From a candidate division WOR-3 bacterium (GTDB lineage: Bacteria > Hydrothermota > Tepidihabitantia > Tepidihabitantales > Tepidihabitantaceae), in contig JBBISL010000012.1 in assembly GCA_037441285.1 (NCBI GenBank), positions 1-57,576 on the forward strand: 57,576 nucleotides of DNA, read 5' to 3'. Below are positions 8,379 through 17,449 of the stretch, one piece after another (the first letter of the stretch is position 1; each line of letters begins with the position of its first letter). Both the position numbers and the translations under genes were made by a program. The notes beneath the pieces are model-generated. The model worked only from the letters and a program-made list of their open reading frames with translations. It did not search any database and was not told the origin of the DNA.

Positions 8379-9140
8379 GTGCGGGTGCACAGGGGCAGGT
8401 TGCTGTTTTTCTTCAGCAGCCTGCTCCTGATTTTCGGCTGTTCCGATGCGCCGTTGATTCCGCTCGTGCCCACCAATCGGGTGGCACTGGTGGAGTTTTT
8501 TACCTGGCAGCGGTGCGTTTACTGTCCTTATGCGGCACGGGCACTGGACAGTTTGACGAAAGAGTTCTCGGACAGCGTGGTGGTGATTGCCTATCACCGG
8601 AGGGTTGCGGGCGACACCCTTTCCCCGGAGTATGTTGAGGAGCGGCGCCAGTTTTATTACGAGTCGGGCGGTGAGCCGGCAACGGTTTTTGACGGCGGTC
8701 CGGTGGTGCGCACGCCCGGACCGGAGTACAACTACGAGACATTTAAGAATTACATTCTCGGGGCGAAGGCGGTTTTGCCCGGTGTGGAACTGGTGATTAC
8801 GACGCAGCGCGACTCTTCTCAGGCAACAATTGCGGTCCGCGTTTTCGGAGTTGACTCAACTCCGGAAGAGAGTTTGCGGCTATATCTGGTGATAACCGAG
8901 GATTCGATACGCACGGTTCTACCGGGCGCCACCGATTCGGTTTTTAACAATGTGATGCGGTTGCTGCTGCCGGATGTCAATGGTTGGTCCTGCTGGTTGC
9001 ACCGGGGCGACAGTTTGCAATTTGAGCAGACGGTACAGTTAGCGCCCTACTGGAATCACCAGCGGTTGAGTGTTGTCGGTTTTGTGCAGCAACCTTCAAC
9101 CCGGCGGGTTTTGCAGGCGGGTAAGAAGAAACTGGATTAA
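8379..9140 (+). CDS. Omp28-like thioredoxin-fold lipoprotein
   Basis: Lipobox LIFGC; VEFFTWQRCVYCP, IAYH, PATVFDG. Confidence 0.8.
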   Translation: MRVHRGRLLFFFSSLLLIFGCSDAPLIPLVPTNRVALVEFFTWQRCVYCPYAARALDSLTKEFSDSVVVIAYHRRVAGDTLSPEYVEERRQFYYESGGEPATVFDGGPVVRTPGPEYNYETFKNYILGAKAVLPGVELVITTQRDSSQATIAVRVFGVDSTPEESLRLYLVITEDSIRTVLPGATDSVFNNVMRLLLPDVNGWSCWLHRGDSLQFEQTVQLAPYWNHQRLSVVGFVQQPSTRRVLQAGKKKLD

Positions 9141-9149
9141 TAAGAGGAG

Positions 9150-9734
9150 GTGAAGATGATAAGGGTGTTTTTGGTTCTCCTGATTTTTGCCGGATTGGTG
9201 ACGCCGGCTAAAGCCGATTACAGTTTTAGTTTTGTGTGCCGGAGCGAGACTTTGCAGCAGGTGGTGCCGGAAGGGGTTGGCGTTTACTACTTCACCCTGA
9301 CCAACACCGGAACCGAGCCGGACATTTACCTTTTTGACTGCCAGGTTTTACAGGCGGTACCGGGCTGGAGCGCCATCTACTGTTTGCGCGGGCGGTGTGT
9401 TGAACCCGGGATACCGATGTTTGACACGCTGGCGCCGGGTGAAGCGGACACGACAATTGACATCACGGTGTTCACGACCAGTACCGAGGGTGAGGAGGTG
9501 ATTCAAATGACGGTTACCTCTCAGGCCGACCCGTCCCAGGTCAGTTCAATTAGAACTTACACCCGGGTTGGTGCGGGTGTTGAGGAAGGGGTAACTCGTT
9601 TTGGGCGCAAGTTGGTGCCGGGTCTGGTTTTTGATTATGCGGGGAGAAGGGCGCGAACGGTATTGACGCCCGGTGTCTATTTTGTCCGTCGGGATGATGG
9701 TGGTGGTTTTCAGAAGGTTGTAGTTTTGCGTTAG
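9150..9734 (+). CDS. Secreted Ig-like protein with CxxxxC motif and short T9SS-like tail
   Basis: GAGGAG RBS, signal peptide, TLTNTG, YCLRGRC, GVEE linker, PGVYF...KVVVLR. Confidence 0.7.
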   Translation: MKMIRVFLVLLIFAGLVTPAKADYSFSFVCRSETLQQVVPEGVGVYYFTLTNTGTEPDIYLFDCQVLQAVPGWSAIYCLRGRCVEPGIPMFDTLAPGEADTTIDITVFTTSTEGEEVIQMTVTSQADPSQVSSIRTYTRVGAGVEEGVTRFGRKLVPGLVFDYAGRRARTVLTPGVYFVRRDDGGGFQKVVVLR

Positions 9735-9743
9735 GATATTAGT

Positions 9744-10784
9744 TTGAGAAAAGGGGGACTTTTGAGTTTTGCCCGCGCCGCGGGCTGTGCGGGCAAGGCG
9801 TGTCAGGCTGACCTGTTTGCCATTTTAGACGGGTTACCCGGTTTTAAACATCCCGATTTGCTGGTGAGCGGCGCAACCGCAGACGATGCCGGGGTGTTTC
9901 GGCTGGATAAAAGACGGGCGCTGGTTCTGACCGTGGATGTTTTACCCCCGGTTGCGGATGAGCCTTATGGGTTCGGGCAGATTGCGGCGGCAAACTCCCT
10001 TTCTGATGTGTATGCGATGGGCGGTAGGCCGCTTGCCGCACTGGCAATTCTCGGGGTACCGGTTAAAGAGATTGAGTTTGAGACCGTGCGGAGGGTGCTT
10101 GCCGGTGCCTGGGACAAGGTAAAGGAGGCGGGTGCGGTTGTTGCGGGCGGTCACACTGTAAGAGACCGGGAGTTAAAATTCGGTCTGGCTGTTACCGGGG
10201 TTGTTCATCCGGCAAAGGTTGTGACCAATGCCGGTGCCAGACCTGGGGACCGGTTGCTTTTGACCAAACCGCTCGGAACCGGGGTGATTACAACCGCCCA
10301 GAAGAACCGCCGGGCGCCTCCGTATCTCGTGGCGCGGGCAAACCGATTGATGGCGCAGTTGAACCGGCTGGCAGCAGAGGCGATGACCACGGTCGGGGTA
10401 AGCGCTGCAACCGACATTACCGGTTTCGGGTTGCTGGGTCATTGCTGGGAGATGGCACAGGCGAGCGGGGTTGACATAGTTATCAACGCAACAGCGGTGC
10501 CGTTTATTCCCGGAGTGAAGAAACTGGCTCAGGAGGGCTGGTTTTGCGAAGGGACAGTGAACAATTATAAGTTTATGAAAAGCCGTGCCGATTTTGCCCA
10601 GGGGATAGACAAAACGATGCGTCTTTTACTGTGCGACGCCCAGACTTCAGGCGGTTTGTTGATTGCCGTGCCGGAAAAGAAGGTAAGGCGACTTATCGAC
10701 GAGTTGGTGAGAGCCGGAGTTGATAGTGTCCGGGAGGTGGGTGAGGTGCGAGCCGGAACTGGAAGGGTAAGGGTGGTCAAATGA
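9744..10784 (+). CDS. selD: Selenide, water dikinase (selenophosphate synthetase), Cys-type
   Basis: AAGCAGK catalytic motif, DDAGVF, AANSLSDVYAMGG, GGHT, LTKPLGTG, TDITGFGLLGH, DAQTSGGLL. Confidence 0.93.
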   Translation: MRKGGLLSFARAAGCAGKACQADLFAILDGLPGFKHPDLLVSGATADDAGVFRLDKRRALVLTVDVLPPVADEPYGFGQIAAANSLSDVYAMGGRPLAALAILGVPVKEIEFETVRRVLAGAWDKVKEAGAVVAGGHTVRDRELKFGLAVTGVVHPAKVVTNAGARPGDRLLLTKPLGTGVITTAQKNRRAPPYLVARANRLMAQLNRLAAEAMTTVGVSAATDITGFGLLGHCWEMAQASGVDIVINATAVPFIPGVKKLAQEGWFCEGTVNNYKFMKSRADFAQGIDKTMRLLLCDAQTSGGLLIAVPEKKVRRLIDELVRAGVDSVREVGEVRAGTGRVRVVK

Positions 10785-10792
10785 TAAGTTTG

Positions 10793-10820
10793 TTGCTGAA
10801 AGTTTTTGATTTCCTATAAT
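10793..10820 (+). promoter_or_regulatory. Possible internal promoter, near-leaderless
   Basis: TTGCTG-16 nt-TATAAT, 9 nt before ATG 10830; no SD. Confidence 0.5.
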
Positions 10821-10829
10821 ATCTGACTT

Positions 10830-11468
10830 ATGGCCGAGAGAGCGGATTTATTCTCCTTGCTCGTTGATGCGGTTGTTGCCCTGAAACCGGAACAGGTGCA
10901 GCGGTTGTGCACGGCGGCGTTGCGTCAGGGTGTACAACCGGAGGAGGTGTTGGAGAAGGGTCTGGCAAAGGGTATGCGGGTGGTGGGTGAGAAGTTTGCG
11001 GCACGGGAGTATTTTGTGCCCGAGGTGCTTTTGGCATCAAAGGCGATGTACGCCGGGTTTGATATCATAAAGGAGAAAATGGCACCGAAAACCAAAAACC
11101 CGGGCCGGGTGGCGCTGGGTGTGGTGCAGGGCGACATTCACGACATTGGCAAGAACATTGTCAAGGTGATGGTGCAGGCGGCAGGGTTTGAGGTCGTGGA
11201 TTTGGGCCGGAATGTGCCGATTGAGCGGTTTGTTGCCGCGGCCGAAGAGGGGGTGCAGATTATTGGAATGTCATCTTTGATGACGACGACGATGCCCAAT
11301 ATGGCGCGGGTGATTGAGGCGCTGAAAAAAAAGGGGTTAAGGGAAAGGGTCAAGGTGCTGGTGGGTGGTGCGCCGGTGACGCGCCTTTTTGCTGAACGGA
11401 TTGGCGCGGACGGCTATGCGCCGGATGCCCACCGCGCGGTGTTAGAGGTGGAGCGGCTGTTGAAATAA
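10830..11468 (+). CDS. Corrinoid (B12-binding) methyl-carrier protein, MtaC/MtbC-like
   Basis: Cap domain GMRVVGEKF...FVPEV and B12 motif GDIHDIGKNIV, SSLMTTT, VGGAP, IGAD. Confidence 0.92.
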   Translation: MAERADLFSLLVDAVVALKPEQVQRLCTAALRQGVQPEEVLEKGLAKGMRVVGEKFAAREYFVPEVLLASKAMYAGFDIIKEKMAPKTKNPGRVALGVVQGDIHDIGKNIVKVMVQAAGFEVVDLGRNVPIERFVAAAEEGVQIIGMSSLMTTTMPNMARVIEALKKKGLRERVKVLVGGAPVTRLFAERIGADGYAPDAHRAVLEVERLLK

Positions 11469-11471
11469 GGC

Positions 11472-12464
11472 GTGGAACGGGCAAGGGAGCGGTTAAATAC
11501 CGTTTTGCAGACAGAACGGTCCAGAGTCACGCCGCCGGTGGTGTTTCCGATTGTCGTGGCAAATCATGCTGCCCGGGTCGCGGGTGAGCGGTTGATTGAT
11601 GCGCTGACCGATAGCCGGGTTCTTGCTGATGTGCTTTATCACGCATATCGGCTCTACAATTACGACCTGATTATGGTGTTCGCAGATGTACTGGTTGAGG
11701 CGGAGGCGATGGGGTGTGAGATTGAGATGGCGGATGATGAGCCGCCGATTTTAGCACGACCCGCAGGGAAAGCGGCACAGGTTGCCAATGCGGAGAGTGA
11801 TTGCCGGATGAAGGTGATTCTTGATGCGACCGGTGAACTAATCAAAATGGCGGGCAAAGAGGTGTATGTCTTGACATCGGTCAAGGGACCATTTTCCCTT
11901 GCCAGTTTTCTTGCCGGACCTGAGGAGTTTCTCGAAAGTTTGATTTCAGCCCCGGAAAGGGCAGAGTGGTTTCTACAAAGGGCAACCGAGAACCAGAAAA
12001 ATTTTGTTCGGGCGATTGTGCCGCGGGGTGGAGTACCGTTTATTGGCGACCCAATGGCTTCCGGTAGTATTATCAGTCCGGGTTTGTTTAAGCGGTTTGC
12101 CCTGCCCTATTTAAAAGAACTGGTGGCAGAGATTCATCGGTTGGGCTCTTGGACCGGATTGCATATCTGCGGGGATACGACCGGCATCTTGCGGATGATG
12201 CGCGCGACCGGTGCCGAAATTTTAAGTGTGGATGAGATGGACATCAGTTTTGTGCGTCAGGAGATAGGCGCAGACCGGGTGATTATGGGCAATGTGTCAA
12301 CCGGCTTGCTGGAGAGCGGCAGACCAGAAGAGGTGCAGGAGGCGGCTCGGGACTGTTTGAAAAAGGGGTTGCCGAGGATGATTCTTGCCAGCGCCTGCGA
12401 TGTGCCGGCAGGGGCACCGGTGGCGAATGTCCAGGCGCTGGTGTCGGCGGCGCAGGGGTGGTGA
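11472..12464 (+). CDS. UroD/MtaA-CmuA family methylcobamide methyltransferase
   Basis: EAEAMG, GPFSLA, DPMAS, Zn ligands LHICG and C-terminal ACDVP. Confidence 0.85.
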   Translation: MERARERLNTVLQTERSRVTPPVVFPIVVANHAARVAGERLIDALTDSRVLADVLYHAYRLYNYDLIMVFADVLVEAEAMGCEIEMADDEPPILARPAGKAAQVANAESDCRMKVILDATGELIKMAGKEVYVLTSVKGPFSLASFLAGPEEFLESLISAPERAEWFLQRATENQKNFVRAIVPRGGVPFIGDPMASGSIISPGLFKRFALPYLKELVAEIHRLGSWTGLHICGDTTGILRMMRATGAEILSVDEMDISFVRQEIGADRVIMGNVSTGLLESGRPEEVQEAARDCLKKGLPRMILASACDVPAGAPVANVQALVSAAQGW

Positions 12465-13867
12465 TGAGAGTGCGCTGTGTTCCAAACGGAATGAAATCCC
12501 TTCAAGAGCTGCTTTGGGCAAAAGGGGTGAATTTAACCGGTGATTGTGGCGGCAGGGGCACATGCGGGAAGTGCCGGGTGCGGCTTGTGCCGGACGGTGC
12601 GGTGGTGCTTGCCTGTCAGTTTGTTCCAAAACATCCGGTAACGGTTGAGGTCGAGCAGGGTTTTGACCGGTACGGCGCTCGGGTTAAAAGGAACAGGTCA
12701 GCACCCAGCCCAGTAAAGAAGGATTTGGTGCTGGTTGCGGACATTGGCACAACAACCTTAAGGCTGGCAGTGGTTGACCGGGCACAGGGGCGCAGGGTTA
12801 AAACCGAGACGCAGTTAAATCCGCAGATAAGATTTGGTACCGATGTCCTTACTCGAATAAGTGAGGCAAGCAAGGTGCCGCGGGCCGGGCTGAGTGAGTT
12901 GCTTCAAGAGTTTATGAATCGGAACGGAGTTCCCCGGTCAAATCCGGTCACGGTGGTGGGTAATACGGTGATGATGCACTTTGTTTTTGGCAAAAGTCCG
13001 AAAGGTCTGGGGCAATTCCCTTATCGCTCAAGGTTGCCCTTGCGCCGGGTGATTCAAAGTGCCGCCAGTGGGCTGAAGGTGCGCACTTTGCCGCTACTCG
13101 GTTCGTTTATCGGTAGCGACTGCATTGTGGCGATTTTTGCCGCGGGGATACACAAAACCGAGCGGTTGACGCTTTTAGTTGATGCCGGAACTAATGGTGA
13201 GGTGGTTTTGGGCAATCGGCACAAAATTGTTGCCTGTTCCACCGCAGCCGGACCGGCTTTTGAAGGGGCAACTTTGAGTTGCGGAGTGCTTGCGGTACCA
13301 GGGGCGATTAAGAGTTGTCGGTGGCGGCGGGGTAGATGGGTCGTGAAGACGGTGGGAAGTAAAGTTCCAACTGGAATCTGTGGTTCGGGCGTGCTGGATG
13401 CTATTGCTGAAGCGGTGCGCGCGGGTTTGATTGAGCCCGGGGGTAGACTGAACCAGGGCGAGCGGCTTCAGATTTATGGTAAGGAGCCGGCAGGTGTTTA
13501 TCTCACGCAGGCGGACATCAGAGAGGTGCAACTGGCAAAGGCGGCGATTGCCACGGGCATAAAGTTGTTGTGGCAAGAGTGGTCCGGAAGGAAAATCGAG
13601 CGGGTGGTGATTACCGGTCGGTTTGGCGGTAAGTTGAACCACCGGGCAGCAATGGCGATTGGGCTTTTTCCGGTTTTACCGGAGGCGGTGATTTACCAGA
13701 AGCCAGACCTGGCACTGGCGGGCGCGATAAAGGCGGTGCTTGAGCCCGAAGTGCGAAAACAGGCTGAGGAGTTGAGTAAGCGGGTGACCGAGATTCGGCT
13801 TGCGGAGCATCCCGACTTTGAGAAGATGTTTGTTGAGTCACTGGCGTTAACAGAATGGCACTCTTAG
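12464..13867 (+). CDS. ASKHA-domain ATP-dependent corrinoid reductive activator (RACo/RamA-like) with N-terminal 2Fe-2S
   Basis: CGGRGTCGKCRV...LACQ, DIGTTT, GNTVM, DAGTNGE, TAAGPAFEG, GICGSG, TQADIREVQLAKAA; TGATG overlap with the upstream stop. Confidence 0.88.
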   Translation: MRVRCVPNGMKSLQELLWAKGVNLTGDCGGRGTCGKCRVRLVPDGAVVLACQFVPKHPVTVEVEQGFDRYGARVKRNRSAPSPVKKDLVLVADIGTTTLRLAVVDRAQGRRVKTETQLNPQIRFGTDVLTRISEASKVPRAGLSELLQEFMNRNGVPRSNPVTVVGNTVMMHFVFGKSPKGLGQFPYRSRLPLRRVIQSAASGLKVRTLPLLGSFIGSDCIVAIFAAGIHKTERLTLLVDAGTNGEVVLGNRHKIVACSTAAGPAFEGATLSCGVLAVPGAIKSCRWRRGRWVVKTVGSKVPTGICGSGVLDAIAEAVRAGLIEPGGRLNQGERLQIYGKEPAGVYLTQADIREVQLAKAAIATGIKLLWQEWSGRKIERVVITGRFGGKLNHRAAMAIGLFPVLPEAVIYQKPDLALAGAIKAVLEPEVRKQAEELSKRVTEIRLAEHPDFEKMFVESLALTEWHS

Positions 13868-14976
13868 AAAGAAAACGGCTTGAAGGTTTGCGCGAGGAAA
13901 GGCTTGAGGAACTGAAGAGTTTGAAGGCGCAGGGGAAAAAGGTGGTGGGTTACTTCTGCCTTTATGTGCCGGTGGAAATTATCCAGGCGGCGGGCGCGAT
14001 TCCGGTGCGGCTGGCGCGTGCCGATTATCAAAGCGAACTGCAAGGAGAACGGTTTTTGCGGGCTGATGCCTGTCCGTTCTGTAAGGCGAGTCTGGGGAAG
14101 TTTGCCGGCGACCCATTGTATCAACTGGTTGACGGTGTGGTCAGCGTCAATACCTGTGATATGATGCGCCGGTTGCCGGAGTCGATAACGGCAAACTTTT
14201 CGGTTCCGGTGTTTTCGCTTTACCTACCGCGCACCAGTGAGCCGTTTCCCAATCGGTTGAGTGCGTTTCAAGGCGGATTGGTTGACCTGAAGGAGTGGCT
14301 CGGCAGTTTGACCGGTCAGGAGTGGCAAAACGAGCGGTTGATGGAAGCGGTTGACGAGATGAACCGGTTGCGGCGCAAACTTCAGGAACTGGACAAAAGC
14401 CGGGCGGAAAAGCCGCCGAAAATTCAGGGTGGTGAACTGTTTGATATCGTAGCACTGGCAACACTGCTACCACCTAAAAGGATGCTAAATTTGCTGAATG
14501 ATTTGTTATCAATGGTTCGGGCAGCGGCAGGAGCGGCGGACAAGAATCGGGTCCGGCTGCTGTTGACCGGCAGCATCGTTGCTGAGGAGGACCGGACGCT
14601 GATTGAGATTATCGAAGATAGTGCGGACATTGTCGCGGACACGGTTTGTACCGGTAGTAGATGGTTTCACGAGGAGTTAAAGGTTGAAGAAGAGCCGTTT
14701 GCCGGGCTTGCCCGCTTTTACTTTAACCGAATACCGTGCGCCTGCCGCAGACCCAACAATGCGCTTTTTGATTACATCAGAGAGCAGGTAAAGGAGCGAA
14801 AGGTTCAGGGGATTGTCAACAAGAGTTTGCTTTACTGCGACGCCTATCGTTTTGAGGGAAAATGGCTACGCCCGGAGATGGGTATTCCGGTGTTGGAGGT
14901 TGATGGCGACTATTCACAGGAGAACCTCCAGCAGTTGCGCACCCGGATTGAGGCGTTTCTTGAGATGTTGCGATGA
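13855..14976 (+). CDS. 2-hydroxyacyl-CoA dehydratase (HgdB/FldB) family protein, Cys pattern compatible with a double-cubane reductase
   Basis: GYFCLYVPVE, ACPF, TCDMMRR, CTG, CACR, YCD, QLRTRIEAFLE. Confidence 0.82.
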   Translation: MALLERKRLEGLREERLEELKSLKAQGKKVVGYFCLYVPVEIIQAAGAIPVRLARADYQSELQGERFLRADACPFCKASLGKFAGDPLYQLVDGVVSVNTCDMMRRLPESITANFSVPVFSLYLPRTSEPFPNRLSAFQGGLVDLKEWLGSLTGQEWQNERLMEAVDEMNRLRRKLQELDKSRAEKPPKIQGGELFDIVALATLLPPKRMLNLLNDLLSMVRAAAGAADKNRVRLLLTGSIVAEEDRTLIEIIEDSADIVADTVCTGSRWFHEELKVEEEPFAGLARFYFNRIPCACRRPNNALFDYIREQVKERKVQGIVNKSLLYCDAYRFEGKWLRPEMGIPVLEVDGDYSQENLQQLRTRIEAFLEMLR

Positions 14977-16385
14977 GGAAACTGGATTATCACGACCCGG
15001 AACCGGCGCGGATTACATTTGACGAGTGGGACGATTTGTTTCAGAAGATACCGGACGAGTTGATTGAGCGGTTTCACTACTTTGCACCCAATCAGGAGGC
15101 ATGGTCAAAATACCTGTTTCCGCCCCAGGTTTTTGCCATCTACGGGGCAAGGCATCTGCGCCGGCTGAAGTTTGACAACTCGCTTGCCGCTTTGCGACTC
15201 TGGGGTTTTGTCCAGAATGAGATTGAACGGCTGTTTCGTGCCCGGCAGATTGGGAAGAAGGTGGTGGCGGTGATGGGTGACCTGGGACCCCTCGCGGTGA
15301 TTGTGGATTCGGTGGGGGCAAAGCCGGGTTCGGGCAAAGACGATAGGGAGTGTGTGCCGTTTTATCCGGACTGCTGGTGGTGGACCCCTTTTGCGATGGA
15401 GAGTAAGGTGTTGCTGGAAAAGGCGGCAGAACTGGGCATCGGTGATGCCACCTGCTTTTCCCGGGCGGCATTGGGCGCTTTTGCCAAGCACAGTTACTTT
15501 CCGGACCCGGATTTGGTGATTGCGGCAACCGGTGCATCGTGCGACGACTATTCCGGGGTGGAGAGTCTGGTGGCAAAGATGGTGCCCGAGGTTGTCTGGG
15601 TCGAAACGCCGCCCCGCGGCGTTGAATCCGGGGCAAGGGAAAGGGTGGAGCGGATGCTGGTTGAGGAGTATCAACGGGTGATAAAACGGCTCGAGGAGTT
15701 GACCGGAGTCAAGGTGACCGAGGAGATGTTGCAAAAAGCGGTGCAACGGGCAAATCACCTGCGGCGTCTTACCCAGCGATTTAAGGAGATGGCTTACGGT
15801 TATGGGGTGTTTCCAGCACTGGAAACGATGGTTGTGGAGTTTGGCTGTCTGCACGGCTATTCTGATTTTCAGGAGTGGACCGCGATTGTTGAGCATCTGG
15901 TCGAGACCGCAGAGGCGCGATGGCAGCAGGGTAAAACGGTGCGGGCAGGTGACAGTTTGCGGATGGGCTGGGTGACACCACCGGCGGACCCGTTGCTTTT
16001 GTGTTATGTTGAAGACCAGGGGGCGCAGGTTGTTGCAACCGAATATGTGATTAATCAGGCGCTGAGTTTGATTGATGAGTCGGTACCGCCGCTTCTGGGC
16101 ATCGCCCGTTCGCTGCTCACCGCTTCCCTGATTGGCTCTTCAAGAGAAAGGGCGGAAATGTTTGTCCGGGCAGCACAGCAACGGCAGGCAGAAGGGGTGA
16201 TTGTCTCCGGGATTTTAGGTGGTTCGCACTGCGCAATGGAGTCACGATTGATTGGTGATTATATTAAACAGAAACTGGACATTCCGATTCTGGAGTTTGA
16301 TGTTGCGCCGCCGAACACGGCGATAGACCGTCAAACCCAGACCAGGATTGATGCGTTTCTCGAACTGGTGCGGAGCCGGCGTTGA
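14973..16385 (+). CDS. 2-hydroxyacyl-CoA dehydratase family subunit
   Basis: ATCF, ASCDD, SHCAME, IPILEFD, TRIDAFLE; ATGA coupling. Confidence 0.78.
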   Translation: MRKLDYHDPEPARITFDEWDDLFQKIPDELIERFHYFAPNQEAWSKYLFPPQVFAIYGARHLRRLKFDNSLAALRLWGFVQNEIERLFRARQIGKKVVAVMGDLGPLAVIVDSVGAKPGSGKDDRECVPFYPDCWWWTPFAMESKVLLEKAAELGIGDATCFSRAALGAFAKHSYFPDPDLVIAATGASCDDYSGVESLVAKMVPEVVWVETPPRGVESGARERVERMLVEEYQRVIKRLEELTGVKVTEEMLQKAVQRANHLRRLTQRFKEMAYGYGVFPALETMVVEFGCLHGYSDFQEWTAIVEHLVETAEARWQQGKTVRAGDSLRMGWVTPPADPLLLCYVEDQGAQVVATEYVINQALSLIDESVPPLLGIARSLLTASLIGSSRERAEMFVRAAQQRQAEGVIVSGILGGSHCAMESRLIGDYIKQKLDIPILEFDVAPPNTAIDRQTQTRIDAFLELVRSRR

Positions 16386-17443
16386 AGGAGTTACTCAACC
16401 CCCGGGAACGGTTTTCCCTTCTCGTGATTGACGAACCCCAGGACCGGGTGCCGATTTTCCCGTTGTTGACGGCGCATGCGGCACGGTTTTGCGGGGTGAG
16501 TTTGCGCGACTACTACACCGACGGAATAGTGATGGCGCAATGTCAGTTGCGGGCACGGGAGTTCTACAACACCGACTTTATCTCAATTTTTTCTGAGGTT
16601 GGTCTGATTGCCGAGGCGTTAGGTTCGGAGTTTGTGTATCCTGAGGACGATTTGCCAGTGCTGGCGCGACCACGCTGGAACACAGTTGAAGATGCCGCAC
16701 GGGGTTTGAAGAGCGAAATGGCGCTTGGCGGTCGGGTGAAGGTTTATCTCGATGCGATTAGTTATGCCTGGGAGGCGATTGCCGATGTGGTGCCGGTTCT
16801 CGCTTATGTACCGGCACCCTTTACCACCGCCCAGCAATTAATAGAGCCCGAGGAGTTTCTAATTGCCCTGCTGGAAAAACCGGAACTGGTAAAGGTGGTT
16901 CTTGACCGCGTGACCCAACTGGTAAAGGCGTTTTCCCGACTGTTGATTCGCGCCGGCGCGTTGCCAATTTTAGTTGACCCGCTCGCTTCCGGTAGTGTGC
17001 TCAGCCTTGAGGAGTATCAGGAGTTTGTCTTGCCCACCGAAAAGGCGGTAATCGATTTCTGGCACCGTTATGACCTCGATGTGGTTTTACACATCTGTGG
17101 CGACACGAGCGAAATCGTGATGTTGATGCCGGAAACCGGGGCAGATTTGATTAGCGTTGATAAGGTGGACCTCGGATTGGTTATTACGAGGGTGGGAGAA
17201 AAGGTGCGGGTCATCGGCAATTTTGATACGACCGAGTTGTGGCTGGGAACACCAGAGGAGATTGGCGATAAGGTTAGGGAGATGGTGGCGCAGGCGAAGG
17301 GCTGTCCGCGGGGCTATGTGGCAGCGACCGGGTGTGAGGTACCAATCGCCACACCGGAAGAAAATTTGCAGGCTTTTGTCAGCGCGGCACAGGAGGCAGG
17401 AAGGTACCAATTTCCGCCCGGACGATTAAGTGAAAGGAGATAG
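16382..17443 (+). CDS. Second UroD/MtaA-CmuA family methyltransferase
   Basis: DRVPIFP, AEALG, APFT, DPLAS, LHICG, TGCEVP. Confidence 0.85.
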   Translation: MKELLNPRERFSLLVIDEPQDRVPIFPLLTAHAARFCGVSLRDYYTDGIVMAQCQLRAREFYNTDFISIFSEVGLIAEALGSEFVYPEDDLPVLARPRWNTVEDAARGLKSEMALGGRVKVYLDAISYAWEAIADVVPVLAYVPAPFTTAQQLIEPEEFLIALLEKPELVKVVLDRVTQLVKAFSRLLIRAGALPILVDPLASGSVLSLEEYQEFVLPTEKAVIDFWHRYDLDVVLHICGDTSEIVMLMPETGADLISVDKVDLGLVITRVGEKVRVIGNFDTTELWLGTPEEIGDKVREMVAQAKGCPRGYVAATGCEVPIATPEENLQAFVSAAQEAGRYQFPPGRLSERR

Positions 17444-17449
17444 TACAAG

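Noticed and set aside
6423..16385. Sec readthrough at the UGA stops of cluster genes (6423, 12462, 14974, 16383)
   Set aside because: The proteins look complete, the stops overlap the next start as ordinary coupling, and no GGUCU-type hairpin follows.
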